Shown: positions 25,953 through 38,251 of the stretch, piece by piece
Numbering within the stretch: the stretch's first letter is position 1
How the letters are laid out: each line of letters begins with the position of its first letter
Assembly (NCBI GenBank): GCA_030770535.1
Contig: JASVEC010000002.1
Span: 2,294,001 to 2,358,000 of the forward strand
Length of the DNA: 64,000 nucleotides
Direction of reading: 5' to 3'
From: Batkoa obscura
Taxonomy: Eukaryota
Notes under the pieces: model-generated
The model's input: only the letters and a program-made list of their open reading frames with translations
Told to the model about the DNA's origin: nothing
Database searches by the model: none
Program-made: the position numbers and the translations under genes

Positions 25953-26048
25953 GGGGATGTTTTTTTGATTCCATTACTTTTCCATTTTTAAGCGCTATTT
26001 GAGTGGAAAATTTGTTAGTAAAATTCTTAAACGAAAAAATACATCCCC
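25953..26048 (-). mobile_element. ~97-bp MITE
   Basis: GGGGATGT...ACATCCCC; ATTT TSD. Confidence 0.92.
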
Positions 26049-26378
26049 ATTTTTTATATAGTATAAAATTTCAAAAAAACCCCTAAGCTAGGCAAAAAAA
26101 CGTTTCAGCATGAGTTAATGTGCTAATCTAAAATCAAACAAAAATTAAATACTTTACAGTAGTGTTTAATTGTAATTACTAAAAATCGAAATTGGGCAAA
26201 ATTCGAATCAAGCTTTTAAGCCAACCCATGTTAATCATTTAACAAAGTTTTGTGGTACTTGGTAATTTAATTTGACATTTCAAAAATTTAGATTGACCTT
26301 TACCATAAAAGGTAGCACTTGTATAGTATTAGTAACAAGGTGCTTTAAGTAAAAAACCAAGGTTAGTGATGGTATGGC

Positions 26379-26526
26379 TTTTTATAAATATACAAAATCG
26401 CGACGGTTTGTATTTACAAGCAAAGAAAAACTACACAAAACACTCAAATTTTGAAGTAGTTTATAGTATTTTGTTGATTTTTTGCTTGCAAATGTAAACC
26501 TTCGAGGTCTTGCACTTTTGTAAAAA
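26379..26526. repeat. Imperfect long inverted repeat (foldback element or hairpin)
   Basis: Arm 26379-26444 (...CGACGGTTTGTATTTACAAGCAAA...) aligns with the reverse complement of 26465-26526 (...CGAAGGTTTACATTTGCAAGCAAA...); loop about 20 nt. Confidence 0.7.
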
Positions 26527-27007
26527 AAAAAAAGTATATGATATAACAAGAATATAGCAAATAAGTCAACAAAAGCAATTGTAATTAAAACTCCTAATCA
26601 AAAGCTATTAATATTATTAGAAATATTTCCTGGTTGATCTTTGATTACATAACTAAAAGACATGATTGATTCTACAAAATATATTTCTTTAAAAATATTA
26701 GGACAGCTAAGTGTTAAGACTTTTATTTTGAAAATACAGATATTATAAAAATGATAAGATGTAAAAACTTCTATTTTTGTCACTATTAGTTAAAAATTTT
26801 ATCTTTATTTATTTTAAACCTGAAAGATCACTTTACAAACGATTCTACCAGATTAAACCAGCTTTTTAAAAAACTGCTAGGTTTATGGCATAGTAAACAA
26901 AAAAATAGGTTAACAACATCAACAAAAAAGTGGGGAAATTTAATATTTAAGATACAGAAGAACAAAAATAAACAGCTGTAATAAATCCATCTTTTTAGAC
27001 TTAATAA

Positions 27008-28294
27008 ATGGCAAACAAATTAAAAAATAACAATCAGGGAGAAAATGAAACGCTATATCAGGCTGAGATTGAGAGTGAATTGATAAGTGAGATTCAAATT
27101 GAGGAGAAGATAATAAGCGGGGCTGAAAGTGATGAAGAAATAAAAAACGGTGTAGAATTCAAGAGTGAAGCAAAAGAGGAGGTATCTAATGAGAAAGATA
27201 TAAATGAGTCAAATAAAAAATCTGGATTAGAAGATACATTGAATAAAAACGCGTTACTAAGCAGTTTGTTAGAAAAAATAACTCATGGTAGTGCAGAAGC
27301 TAAAGAAGGGAAGCCATTGTGTATATTAAGTATTGATGGTGGGGGTGTACGAGGCATCATACCTACAATGGTATTAAACTATATAGAAAAAAAAACCAAG
27401 AAGCCAATTAGTTCTCTATTTGATATTATTACAGGGACTTCCACTGGAGCTTTATTAGGTGTCGTTTTAAACATTCCTAATGAAAAAGGAAGCAAAGTAC
27501 CTAAATACAATACTGATGATGCCTTAAATCTATACATGAAAGAATGTCCTGGTCTATTTGAAACGAGTCTAATGATCAGTTTAAAAAATTTATGGGGTTT
27601 AAGAAGCGCACGCTATTCGAGTACAAGTAAGAGAGATTTGATCAATCGCTATTGCCAAGATTTAAGAATCAATGATTGTTTGAGTGACATTATCATCCCA
27701 GCATTTGATATCCGCGAAGGGAAACCTTATTTCTTTAAATCTAAAAATGCAGAGTATCATGATAAATACAACTACAAATTAGCAGATGTATTAGATGCTA
27801 CTTCCGCTGCTCCCACTTATTTTAAGCCTTGTAAGGTATCAAATCAAGATGAAAGTGAAGAAAGAGGCTATCGTTTATTTGTCGATGGTGCATTAACCGC
27901 CAATTGTCCAGCTTTATGTGCTTTAATTGACAGTATTAAAATGTATGGAAGGGTTCCTAATGATATTTTTATATTGTCTTTAGGTTGTGGTGATGCTGAT
28001 ATTGGTGTCGATGATACCACTGCAAGTAATTGGGGAGCATTAAATTGGGCACCTTACTTCCCTTCTGCATTGATTAACGGGTCTATGGATACTGTGTCTT
28101 ATCAAATTGATGATTTATTAAATGACCCTAATTATTATAGGTTTCAAGTTAGAATTCCTTCAAAAAATGCTAATATTGATGATGCTTCTGCTAAGAACTT
28201 GGCTTGGTTAAAAGATTGTGGTATGAAATTCGTAAATGACAATATATCTAAATTAGATGAGGTTTGTAATATATTATTAAATGGATTCAAATAA
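27008..28294 (+). CDS. Patatin-like phospholipase (Pat17-type), intronless, with an acidic N-terminal extension
   Basis: LSIDGGGVRG; GTSTG nucleophile elbow; SAAPTYF; catalytic DGA; LSLGCG. Confidence 0.92.
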   Translation: MANKLKNNNQGENETLYQAEIESELISEIQIEEKIISGAESDEEIKNGVEFKSEAKEEVSNEKDINESNKKSGLEDTLNKNALLSSLLEKITHGSAEAKEGKPLCILSIDGGGVRGIIPTMVLNYIEKKTKKPISSLFDIITGTSTGALLGVVLNIPNEKGSKVPKYNTDDALNLYMKECPGLFETSLMISLKNLWGLRSARYSSTSKRDLINRYCQDLRINDCLSDIIIPAFDIREGKPYFFKSKNAEYHDKYNYKLADVLDATSAAPTYFKPCKVSNQDESEERGYRLFVDGALTANCPALCALIDSIKMYGRVPNDIFILSLGCGDADIGVDDTTASNWGALNWAPYFPSALINGSMDTVSYQIDDLLNDPNYYRFQVRIPSKNANIDDASAKNLAWLKDCGMKFVNDNISKLDEVCNILLNGFK

Positions 28295-29379
28295 AATATT
28301 TTAACATATAACTATTCACAATATATTTTCAAGCTGTTTTTACTTTAAATTTTATCCTTATAACTGATATAAATATACCTTTTTGCTTACATTTTGGAGT
28401 AAGTCACTTTTTTAAAATGGATTAGTAAATTAAATTAAAATCTATTTTGAAAAGGTATAACTTAATTGTTCCCTGTATTAGTTTTGTATAAATGTTCGAA
28501 AATCCTCCGCTATTGAAAAAACATCTCAATAGTTGAAATAGAACTATATACTATTATTAATGAGCGCTAAATTTATATTAAAATTGAAAGTTATTATTAA
28601 TATTACAATACTACAATCTTGATACTTTATTCCAACTATTAATAAAGGATTCGGAATAAATTTTTTAAAGTTATTAATTATTATTATATAATCAAATCAA
28701 ATAGAATTTAAACCTTATATTAAGTTCAACTGCAACTACTGTTTATATTAGTAAGTTACACATATGATACAAGTAGTCTATAAAATAGTATAGCAACTTG
28801 TATTACATTTATTACTATTTTTGGTCAGGATTACACTATGAATAAATAAGAAATATTTAATAGTTTGTATTCATATTTAAATATAAATGTTTCAATAAGC
28901 TACCAACAATATTAAATTTAAAGTTATTTATAGATTTTTCTGATAAATATAAATTAAAAATATCACGAGGCAATTATTGGTTCATTTGTTATAAATTAGT
29001 ACTGTTGGAGCATCCTAGTAGATAGTTGTTAGTAGTCAAATCGTAATCCAATAATATTTCCACAATTTATTACTGAAGTTACTTTTATTTGCTAAGTATT
29101 TAAAGTATTTCAATCCTACTAAAAGTGGGTGATGTGTGAGTGGTGCCTTGATTTTAATTCTCCTCTTCCTAGTCTAAAATTTTATGCAAGAACTACCACA
29201 TCTGAGCTCCAGTTAAGCTCTGCGCCATCATTGTATTAAACTTTATCAACCTATACTACATACAACATCAATTAATATATCTCAACTAATAACACTATTC
29301 TTTAAATTTTTTATCTTACAACTTTCATCAACTTAAATAATAATAAAAATAATTAATTACTTATATCTTCATAATCAAT

Positions 29380-32300
29380 ATGCAAGCAACTGTGTCGGAT
29401 GTCAATTCAGTTAATGTGGAAAACGCTTCACCAAACGACTCTTTGACAAAACCTTGTACGCAGTGTACTTTGCCAATGTCAGGTTTATTTGTTAGAGCAC
29501 TTGGAGGCTTTTATCATATCGAATGTTTTAAATGTCTTGTAAAATTATTTCATATTATTATTACAATCAATTAATTTACATTAAATAGGATTGTGGGGAT
29601 GTTGTAGCTTCAAAGTATGTTTCTATTACAGGGCAAGATGGAAAACAACATCCATTATGTGAAAAGGACTATTATCGACGATTAAAACATGTTTGCCACT
29701 CATGTAATAAATTTATACAAGGACCATTCATAACAGCGTGTGGAAAAAAGTATCATGTGGATCACTTTACTTGCTCTGAGTGTAGAACCGTGTTTGGAAA
29801 GAATGATTCGTATTATGAGCATGATGGAAGAGTGCTATGTCATTATCATTATTCTTTGATCGCTGCAGCAAAATGTACTGGTTGTCAAGTCCCAATAATA
29901 AGCCGATTTGTTGAATCTAAAAAAAACGAGCTAAATGAACGCTGGCATCCAGAATGTTACATGATCAATAAGGTATAAGCTTATTGTTTTTTAATGCTAA
30001 ACTTTATTAACTTGAATTAGTTTTGGAATGTTAAATTAGGGCCCCCTCCTGCTCTTTCAGACGGAAACGGTAAATTAGATTAATATTTGAAGATCAAGAC
30101 ATTAATTTATTAACTAGATAAATCAATGACCAATGAGGAACTTCAAAAAGAGCAAAATCGATCATTAGTTAAAGCTCAACATATTTGGTCGATACTCTCA
30201 GCATTTGAAGAATCATCAGCATCATGTATTTCAGAAATGCTCATACAAGTATCAAATTCGAATTATAAAGAGGGCATCAAAATGGCAGAAAAGTTCACAA
30301 TGCATGTCGAAATTTTATTTACTGCAATTGACAGAATTCAAAATCATATGATAATGAACAACGATAGTTTAGGTACTCTTAGATTTATAAAGTACTAGAA
30401 TAGTTTATAAATTATTTTACTTAGGGTTTCAACAAGAGCCTAGGCAATTATGTCGGAAAATTATTGGTTTCTTTTCTTTGTTATCTCATACTAAAGAGTA
30501 TGTAAAAAATCCAATAGGAATAACCCAAGATTTGCTATCACAAGTCACTGGAGTAGCTCATTATTTAAAAAATCTTATAAGGGTAGCGTTATTAGGCGCA
30601 ATAAAACTCGTAAATAACTTTTTTAATGGTATTTGGTTATCTATAACATATTTTATAGGAAAGAACTTATGAAACTAAGAGTGCTGTTTCCAATTTTTTA
30701 AAAATGCTGGTTGTACACAGTGATAAGGAAAAGGCGATGCAATGGCGTATGCTTGCAAAGATGGAAGCAGATATAGCCTCGGAGCTGTGTACCCAATGCT
30801 CAGAAACAATTGAGGAGGAATGCTACCGTTATGGAAAACATAGGTGGCATCCTAATTGCTTAAAATGTCAAAAATGCGAAGCAAATCCCACTTTAGAAAA
30901 TTATGAAGAGTTTACGTTTAATCAGCTTAAAACTCAAGCTTTTTGCCCTAATTGTTCAACAGGGAGTGAATTTGGGTTTAAGAAGATCAGTAAACTTGAC
31001 CAATATTCTTTTCTCCTTAGGTTATCTTTAAGACGACTATATACCCTGTTAAACAAGAACAGTAAAATGATATTGGTTTTTATTATATTTTGTTAACTTG
31101 TTATAGTTCATGACGATTCTGCCCTACCTGCTCATAAACTGAATGAACGCTTTGCCAGAGAGAATAGAAGTTCACCAAGTTTTAACTTGAAAAATCAAGT
31201 TATATTACAAAATGCACAAAGATTTAAATCACCTGAAAGAATTGAATCAAATGGTGACGATGTGTTGGGCGATCATGATATTCTAGTTAATGGTAAACAA
31301 TCTAGAAGAATTTCTGGGAGACAAAGACGAACTGCGAGCAATGCTACTTCAATTCATAATCTATCTATGATTGTTCATTCTAGAAAAACACTAGATACTA
31401 CTATGGAGAGGCAAAGATCTGAGGGCACAACTATTAAAACACCTATTAGTGAGCTCACAAAAAGTCATCAATCTACAGATAGTTTGCCATTGACTAGATC
31501 AAATTCCACCCCAAGTAATTCTACTAAGCCAAAAAGTTTTCTATGTGAATTATCTGAGCTTGAATTTTTTATTGTTCAACATCTTTCAGCCCTTTCATTA
31601 GCCCCATTGTTAATGAAATACATATCACTTGAAGAATTACTTGAGATGGTTGGACCAAGGAAATCCAGTTTATGGTCACGATTCAAAAGTAGTTTAAGGC
31701 CAAAAGAGAAGAAATCAGGTAAACAAAACATAATAATATATTAGTAATACGATATTAATTATTGTAATAAAACAGAGGGAACCTTTGGAGTAAATTTAGA
31801 AACGTTAACCAAAACAACGGGAGTTGATTCACATCATGGCTCTTCAGGAATATTAAGGATGCCAGAATTTGTTGATAGAATATTATGCGTTTTAAGAGAT
31901 ATGGGTACTTTTAATATAAAATTTACTTTTGTTTTTTTATCAATCTGTTTTAGATATGTCAATTGAAGGGATTTTTAGAAAGAATGGTAACATAAGAAGG
32001 TTGAAGGAGCTAAGTGAAATGATTGATCGTGATTTAAATGCGGTTGATTTATCCAAAGATAATCCAGTTCAAATTGCTGCCCTTCTTAAAAAGTTCTTAA
32101 GAGATCTTCCAGACCCTCTGATATCATTTAAATTACATCGTTTATTTGTTATTTCTCAAAGTAATTACTATTTCCGTATAACATATCACTTATTTATTAT
32201 TCTAGAGCTTGATGACTATGAAGCAAGAAAAAAAGTTTTACATTTGTCATGCTGTTTGTTACCGAGGGCTAACAGAGACGTACTTGAGGCACTTTTTGTG

Positions 32301-32697
32301 TTCCTCAAATGGGTATCTGAATTCGCAGTTGTGGATGAAACGCATGGCTCAAAAATGGACTTAGAAAATTTAGCCACAGTAATAACACCAAATATTCTAT
32401 ATGGCAATAGTAAAGATCCTACCAAAGATGAATCCTTTTTAGCTATTTCTGCAGTTACAGATATGCTTTCAATGCAAAATGATTTTTGGGAGGTAGGATA
32501 TTAAGTTGCTTATAATTAAGAGTTTATTAACATTTTTCAAGGTTCCAGAAAGTGTTTCAAATATTTTACAAGAAGTGGATTTAATAGAGGATGGCGTTGA
32601 ATTGTCAGCAGAAGAAATATTGAGAAGGTGTGAGAACTACCTTAAATACCGAGAAACACATCCTTCAAATCCAAGTGTCCAACGATATGCGAAATAA
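29380..32697 (+). CDS. LRG1: LIM-domain Rho GTPase-activating protein (Lrg1/Rga1 type), multi-exon
   Basis: N-terminal LIM domains; LSAFEESSASCISEML; RhoGAP EGIFRKNGNIRRLK, AALLKKFLRDLPDPL, GSKMDLENLATVITPNIL. Confidence 0.9.
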
Positions 32698-33196
32698 CTA
32701 TTGAAAAACAGTTCTTTTTATTTAAAGCTATAACTCATAACAAGCTTTGATTCTATTTTTATATGTATTGAGAAAGAAGAGTATAAGTATTCTATATTGA
32801 TTGTAATCTGGTTGATGAAATTTAATAACTTTTAAAAAGGGGCGTATTTGTTATACTACCTAACTTTCCTAATCATTTATCAAGCTTAAATTAATTTCTT
32901 AATTTTTACCTTATTGAAATAAAATGCTTTTTAAAGTCATTTCTTCCATCACTATTATTATTAAAAACCTAAAAATATGTATTATATAAACATAAAATGT
33001 AGCCTAAGTATTCTATTTTTTATTTTGTAAAATAAATACTGAAAAGTAAAATAACTTGTGAATTCTAAAAAATTTTAAAGTTTAAAATCAAAATAATCCA
33101 ATACAAAATTTGAAGCTCTACATTAAACTTAAAATTACCTTAATTTGAATTTCAGTTTCAATCTAACTCCATTTTTTAAAAATTACAGTCATAAAG

Positions 33197-33966
33197 ATGG
33201 AAAACTTAAATAACAACGCATTATCATTAAACTATGATACATCAACTTCTATAAAAAACATAGCCTCCATTCTAAACTCTCAGCTACTTGAATTTTTAAA
33301 TAGTTTTAACTTAAAGCTAAACATACTAAGGTAGTAATATAGAGAATGTATAATGTTTTATTAAATTACTAATTCTAATTGTAGCTTTCAATTAAACACA
33401 ATAGAAAACAAAGTAGGGAGTATTAATGGTTCATTAAACAAGAAGGAGATGGTTCAGTTTCAAACTTTAGTAACATTAATCTACATTAATTTTAATTTTT
33501 AATAACTTTTTAGTTTAATAAATTACCACATTATATTTATAAAGTAAATAAAATGGTAGCAATTATTCAAAAAATCAATACGTTAGTACCATTACTAAAA
33601 ATTCGACAAAAAAAAGTGATTGAAAATTATCAAAAGATTCAAGTATTAAGGAGAAGTCAGGAAGAAAGAATGAACTCCAAAATAAAGGTTAAACAGTCTA
33701 GTTTATCAATTCATACTTTAAAAACTCGTACACATAGGAATGTTTTATTGAGTAGAGAGGAAGCTTTGACAGAAACTAAAGAGAAACTAACTGAAACTGA
33801 AAAGTCGATCCTTAAACAGGATAAAAAAGTTGAATCTCAAGTATTGAATGAAAAAAAAGTAACGAAAAATAAAAAGACAACTAAAACCAGTAGTAAAAAC
33901 AGAGGATCTAAAGTAGATCCAAATTTTGCACTACTTTTAAACGAGTTAAGTGATGATGAAAAATAA
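33197..33966 (+). CDS. Coiled-coil protein, possible BLOC-1 subunit 6 (pallidin-like), 3 exons
   Basis: ATG at 33197 and two GT-AG introns give ...FNKLPHYIYKVNKMVAIIQKINTLVPLLKIRQKKV, which resembles the pallidin core; family assignment is tentative. Confidence 0.5.
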
Positions 33967-33984
33967 TAAACTAAGATGATACTT

Positions 33985-36900
33985 TTATTTCAATTTTAAC
34001 TTTAATTCATTTATGGTATTCTCTCCCTTATGAATTCGGATAAAATATTCATTTGATAATAAAAAGTAAGTTTGTTTCTTTGGATGGAGCATTAAGAAAT
34101 TCAATTTTAGCCATTTATCGTTCACTGGTCCACTATATGGCATAGGATTTTTGAGTGAGTCTGGTTTTTCAATGTTACTAAGAAACTCTTGCACTTCTAC
34201 TACAAACCTTTTTGGGAAGGTTATTACTTCATTGAAAGTGAAGGTATCTGGATTTAAAACTAATAACTTTTCCATCCTTGGAAATTGTTTAACATTGCTC
34301 AATATATTGTTGTTGTAGTTGTTGCTTTGACTTTGTTTATAGAAGCCATCGCTAATCATATTTTTATTTGGACAATATTCAATGATTACAATTAGTTCAC
34401 TTGGGTGATCTAAGATAATATTAATTAACCATTTAACAAATACAAGAAATACTTACTCTTATCAACTTCTGCCGCTTTATAGGGATACACTAATCTACCT
34501 TTAAGTTGTAAGTGAGACCAATAAGAATTTTCTTGTATATTGAAATCACGGGGTGTAATAAGTAGCTCTAATTTATAAGATTTATAAGGAGAAAAGAAAA
34601 CAGATGGTACTGAGCAAGGAATAGACAACAATCGCATAATAACATCGAGTAATAGCTCTAATTTATCCTAAGCAATTACATAAATGATTTAATCTATCAA
34701 GAATGTATTGTTAATAATACCTTTTCTTTTTCATAATATTTTTTTTCAAACAGTAACATCAATCTATTATATCCACATTCTAGTGAAGAGTTCTTCACTA
34801 TATTTAAACTAAAATATTAATAAATTGCTTAGTTAAATATTAAATTAGCTTACTTAGATATTACATTAGGTTGCACTTTAGGGAATACAGTATTTCCATG
34901 AATATCTTGAAACTCAATATTAAAAATAGCATCCAATGCAAATATAAAGACATATAACTCATCTAGCATTAATGACAAGCATAAAGAGGATTCTTTATCG
35001 TTTTGATATAGAAGAGTGGACAAATATTCTATTTTTTGGGCAAGTGATTTCATTTTGTCAAAGTCTTGAGTAAACTAATAAAGATTAGTTAAATATCTAC
35101 TTAACTAACAAATCAGATTACCATATTGTTATATAAACTTTCAATATCACGCTTCTTTACTAAATTTTTTAATGCCATAATATTCTTAATATATTGAAAC
35201 AAAATTTGTATTAATTCAACCCTTATTTCTACCCATAATGACATCAAAGGTATTTGACTATACCCAGCAAGGTAATGAAGTGTCTAAATATGACCATTAT
35301 AATATTATTACATTTTTAATAAAATTTTTACTTTGAAGCTATCTCTTGCTTGAACTAATTTATTGCTACAATTATCAAGGTCGCCTATAAGGAACTTTTG
35401 GATGTTTTTAGACTCAAATGTTAATTTACAACTTGAAATATATTTGATTTGAGTTTCTGCTGCTGACCAGTATTTAAATCCTTCTGTATAAATCCTCGTA
35501 ATTTCCGAGGTTGCCTAAAATTCTTAGCAACAAAATCTTTTAAAATAAATCAAAACATACCCCGCCAGTTAACCTGGAAAAAATAAAATTAGAAACAGGG
35601 TGATTTCCAAGTCGAAGAGACATGATAGCAATGTCACACATAACTAAAGGATGGTTGGTTATTGAATCTACACCTGCAAAGGAATTAAGTTGCTCTCTCA
35701 GCCAAGTAGGTTGAATAAAGCCATTTTTTTTAGCTGAAATAACATCATTAAGTGGATTTCCAGCAGGGAAAAAATTTATAGCTATAATTATGCCAGCACA
35801 AAAGAGTTTGGGGTATTCTTGGAATTCAGCTATTTTAGAATCAGTTAAAATTGTTTGTTTTGTTTGAGGTGATAACTGAGTAAGATGCTTGTGAGCATAT
35901 TCTTTTATCCATTCTATTACTAAACAATAAGCTTTGAGTTCAATCGTATCTTTTATATTTGACTCTAAGTTAGATACACCTAATGAATACAAGTCAATCA
36001 ATAAACTTATATAAATATAGATTGTTTTCATAGTATCAAATTACCTTCTTCAAAATAGCATCTTTTTAAAGTTTTCAAAATATTCAGTAATAAAAATAAA
36101 TCTGTATAAAAATTAGATTCTAACTTTTTATAAAGCTTATTAAGCAATATTAAATAATCACTTAATGTATTTAATAATATTGTAAGTTTATCATGTGGTG
36201 CCTTTTTATGTTTGATAAAAGACCTAAGCATACTCCAGATAATAAATATGCAGATTTTAATAATATAGACTTTGGTATTTACTACAAAAATTAGTATATA
36301 CTATAATAACAATTTTATAAATTTACTGTTTAACTTGTCATCTGGAGTAGTTTTTATAAGGGAATAAAATGATTGTATGACAGTTAAAATACTCGAATAT
36401 TTTTTGGACAAAATGCAAATATCATTAATTGTGTCATCATCAACCAACAATATACATAATAATTGATAGAGGTACATATTGTTTTCTTCTTTTATGTATG
36501 GTTTTATATAATTTTCAATAAATCGGGAAATAAGTTCCTTTTCATTTGACACTAAAGCATTAATTTCTTCATTTAAATTTAATGAGTTTAACTCAATATT
36601 AAGGGTTTCTTCAAATTTGAATATTTGGATCCTCTGCTCCAAATCCATGGATTTTATACCAAATTTTACTAACATCAAACATTTGCTTAATAATAATTCA
36701 TTTTTATACCATGACTTCATGATTTGAAACAAAAATTCCATTTGATTCGGTTCAAAACATAAACCTGACCTTGCTAATAAAATCAAACCTTCTATTATAG
36801 CTATTATATTACTTTTTTTAACATTTGGGAGTGTAGTTGAATATTCCATTAATAACTCAAATAAATAACTTGCCTATAATTTTTAGTTTGTTTCAATTGA

Positions 36901-38108
36901 TTTTTTAATGTTTACCTGCTTAATTCTGTCCACTTCACTAATAGATGCTAACTCAGAAGACACATATATTAAAATTGAAGGTATAGCACCATAAGTTCTA
37001 ATATCCATACTAGCCAATAATTCCAAACAATAAGCATGTGCCTATAAACAATAAGTTTAATATTGACTATAATTTAATTTTAACAGTTTTACTTTCATAG
37101 CCGAGTTCAAATGCCATCTAAAAGCCCTTAAAGTGTCAATAACTTTTAAATAAATATCCAAAGTCTCTGCTTTCTTTAACACTTTTTCTTTACTAAATGG
37201 ATCTTTGCTTTCTTCACAATCCAATCCAAGCATATCTCCAAGGAATGGTAATATAAAGTGTACAAAATTATTATTTATTCCAATAAGTTTTTTGCTAAAT
37301 GCCAACGCCTCTATTATCTCAAAATCTTGATCCGAGTTTAAACTTAATAATATCAAATAATATATATAGTTATCTACTTCTATAGCATGACTTAAATTTT
37401 TGAGTATTCTAAAATTGAATATTAATAAACTCATTATTTTATGTACAATGGTATTTACTTAAGGCATAAAGTTCTAGCAACAAAATTGACTCTAAAATGA
37501 GCTGATGTGATATTTTTTACTGATTCTTTTAAATTTACATTTTCTTTGGTAATAAATTTTGAAATTTGTTTAAATGCATTATAAATGATATCATGAAAAT
37601 AATCATTATCACAAGTGCTAAACTTAACAGATAAATCAATGCATATTTGATTCATTATATCTGGATGTTGAAACTCAGACGCAATCCTTATATAGTCTTT
37701 AATACAATTTTCTACACTAGCATTATTTTTTGACTCAAGTCCTGATTTAAGTTTATCCAAAGTTTGTTTCAATTCCATTGGTGGTGGATCTAAACAGAAT
37801 GGATTTGTTGGCTTAGCAGTTGTTGATTCCCTTCTGCTGCTATTGTAACTATAAGTCTGAGGATGTGATTGGGGATGTGACTGAGGATGTGGATGTGGAT
37901 GATTTCTTTCGTAAATTGGACCTTGCATATATTGGAAATCTAGGTTTGGATTAGGAATAACTTGGGTTGCTGGTTGCATGCTATCAGAAATCATTGATGG
38001 AGGAGGGTTAGTTGGCCTTCTTCCCCTCTTTTTTGGCCCATTATAGCTACCTCTTCCCCCTCTTCTTCCTCTATCGCTTCCCCTTTGATATCTGTGTTCG
38101 TCATTCAT
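33985..38108 (-). CDS. INTS7: Integrator complex subunit 7-like protein (multi-exon) with an RGG/HP-rich N-terminal extension
   Basis: LKSGLES...FQHPDIMN...NLKESVKNI...VARTLCLKILKNLS...SLNSDQDFEIIEALAF parallels the recalled metazoan INTS7 N-terminus; LLSIPCSVPSVFF...LELLITP parallels the start of its C-terminal domain. Confidence 0.7.
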
Positions 38109-38251
38109 TTTGATGAAAAAACAGAATTTAAAACTATTTAGATTAAATTTTAAAAATTTTAGATGTAAAAATTAATGATTTTAAAAATTGCAATTATCTT
38201 TCAATCAAACATATAAAATAAAATAAAATAAAATAAAATGGTAGGAAAATA

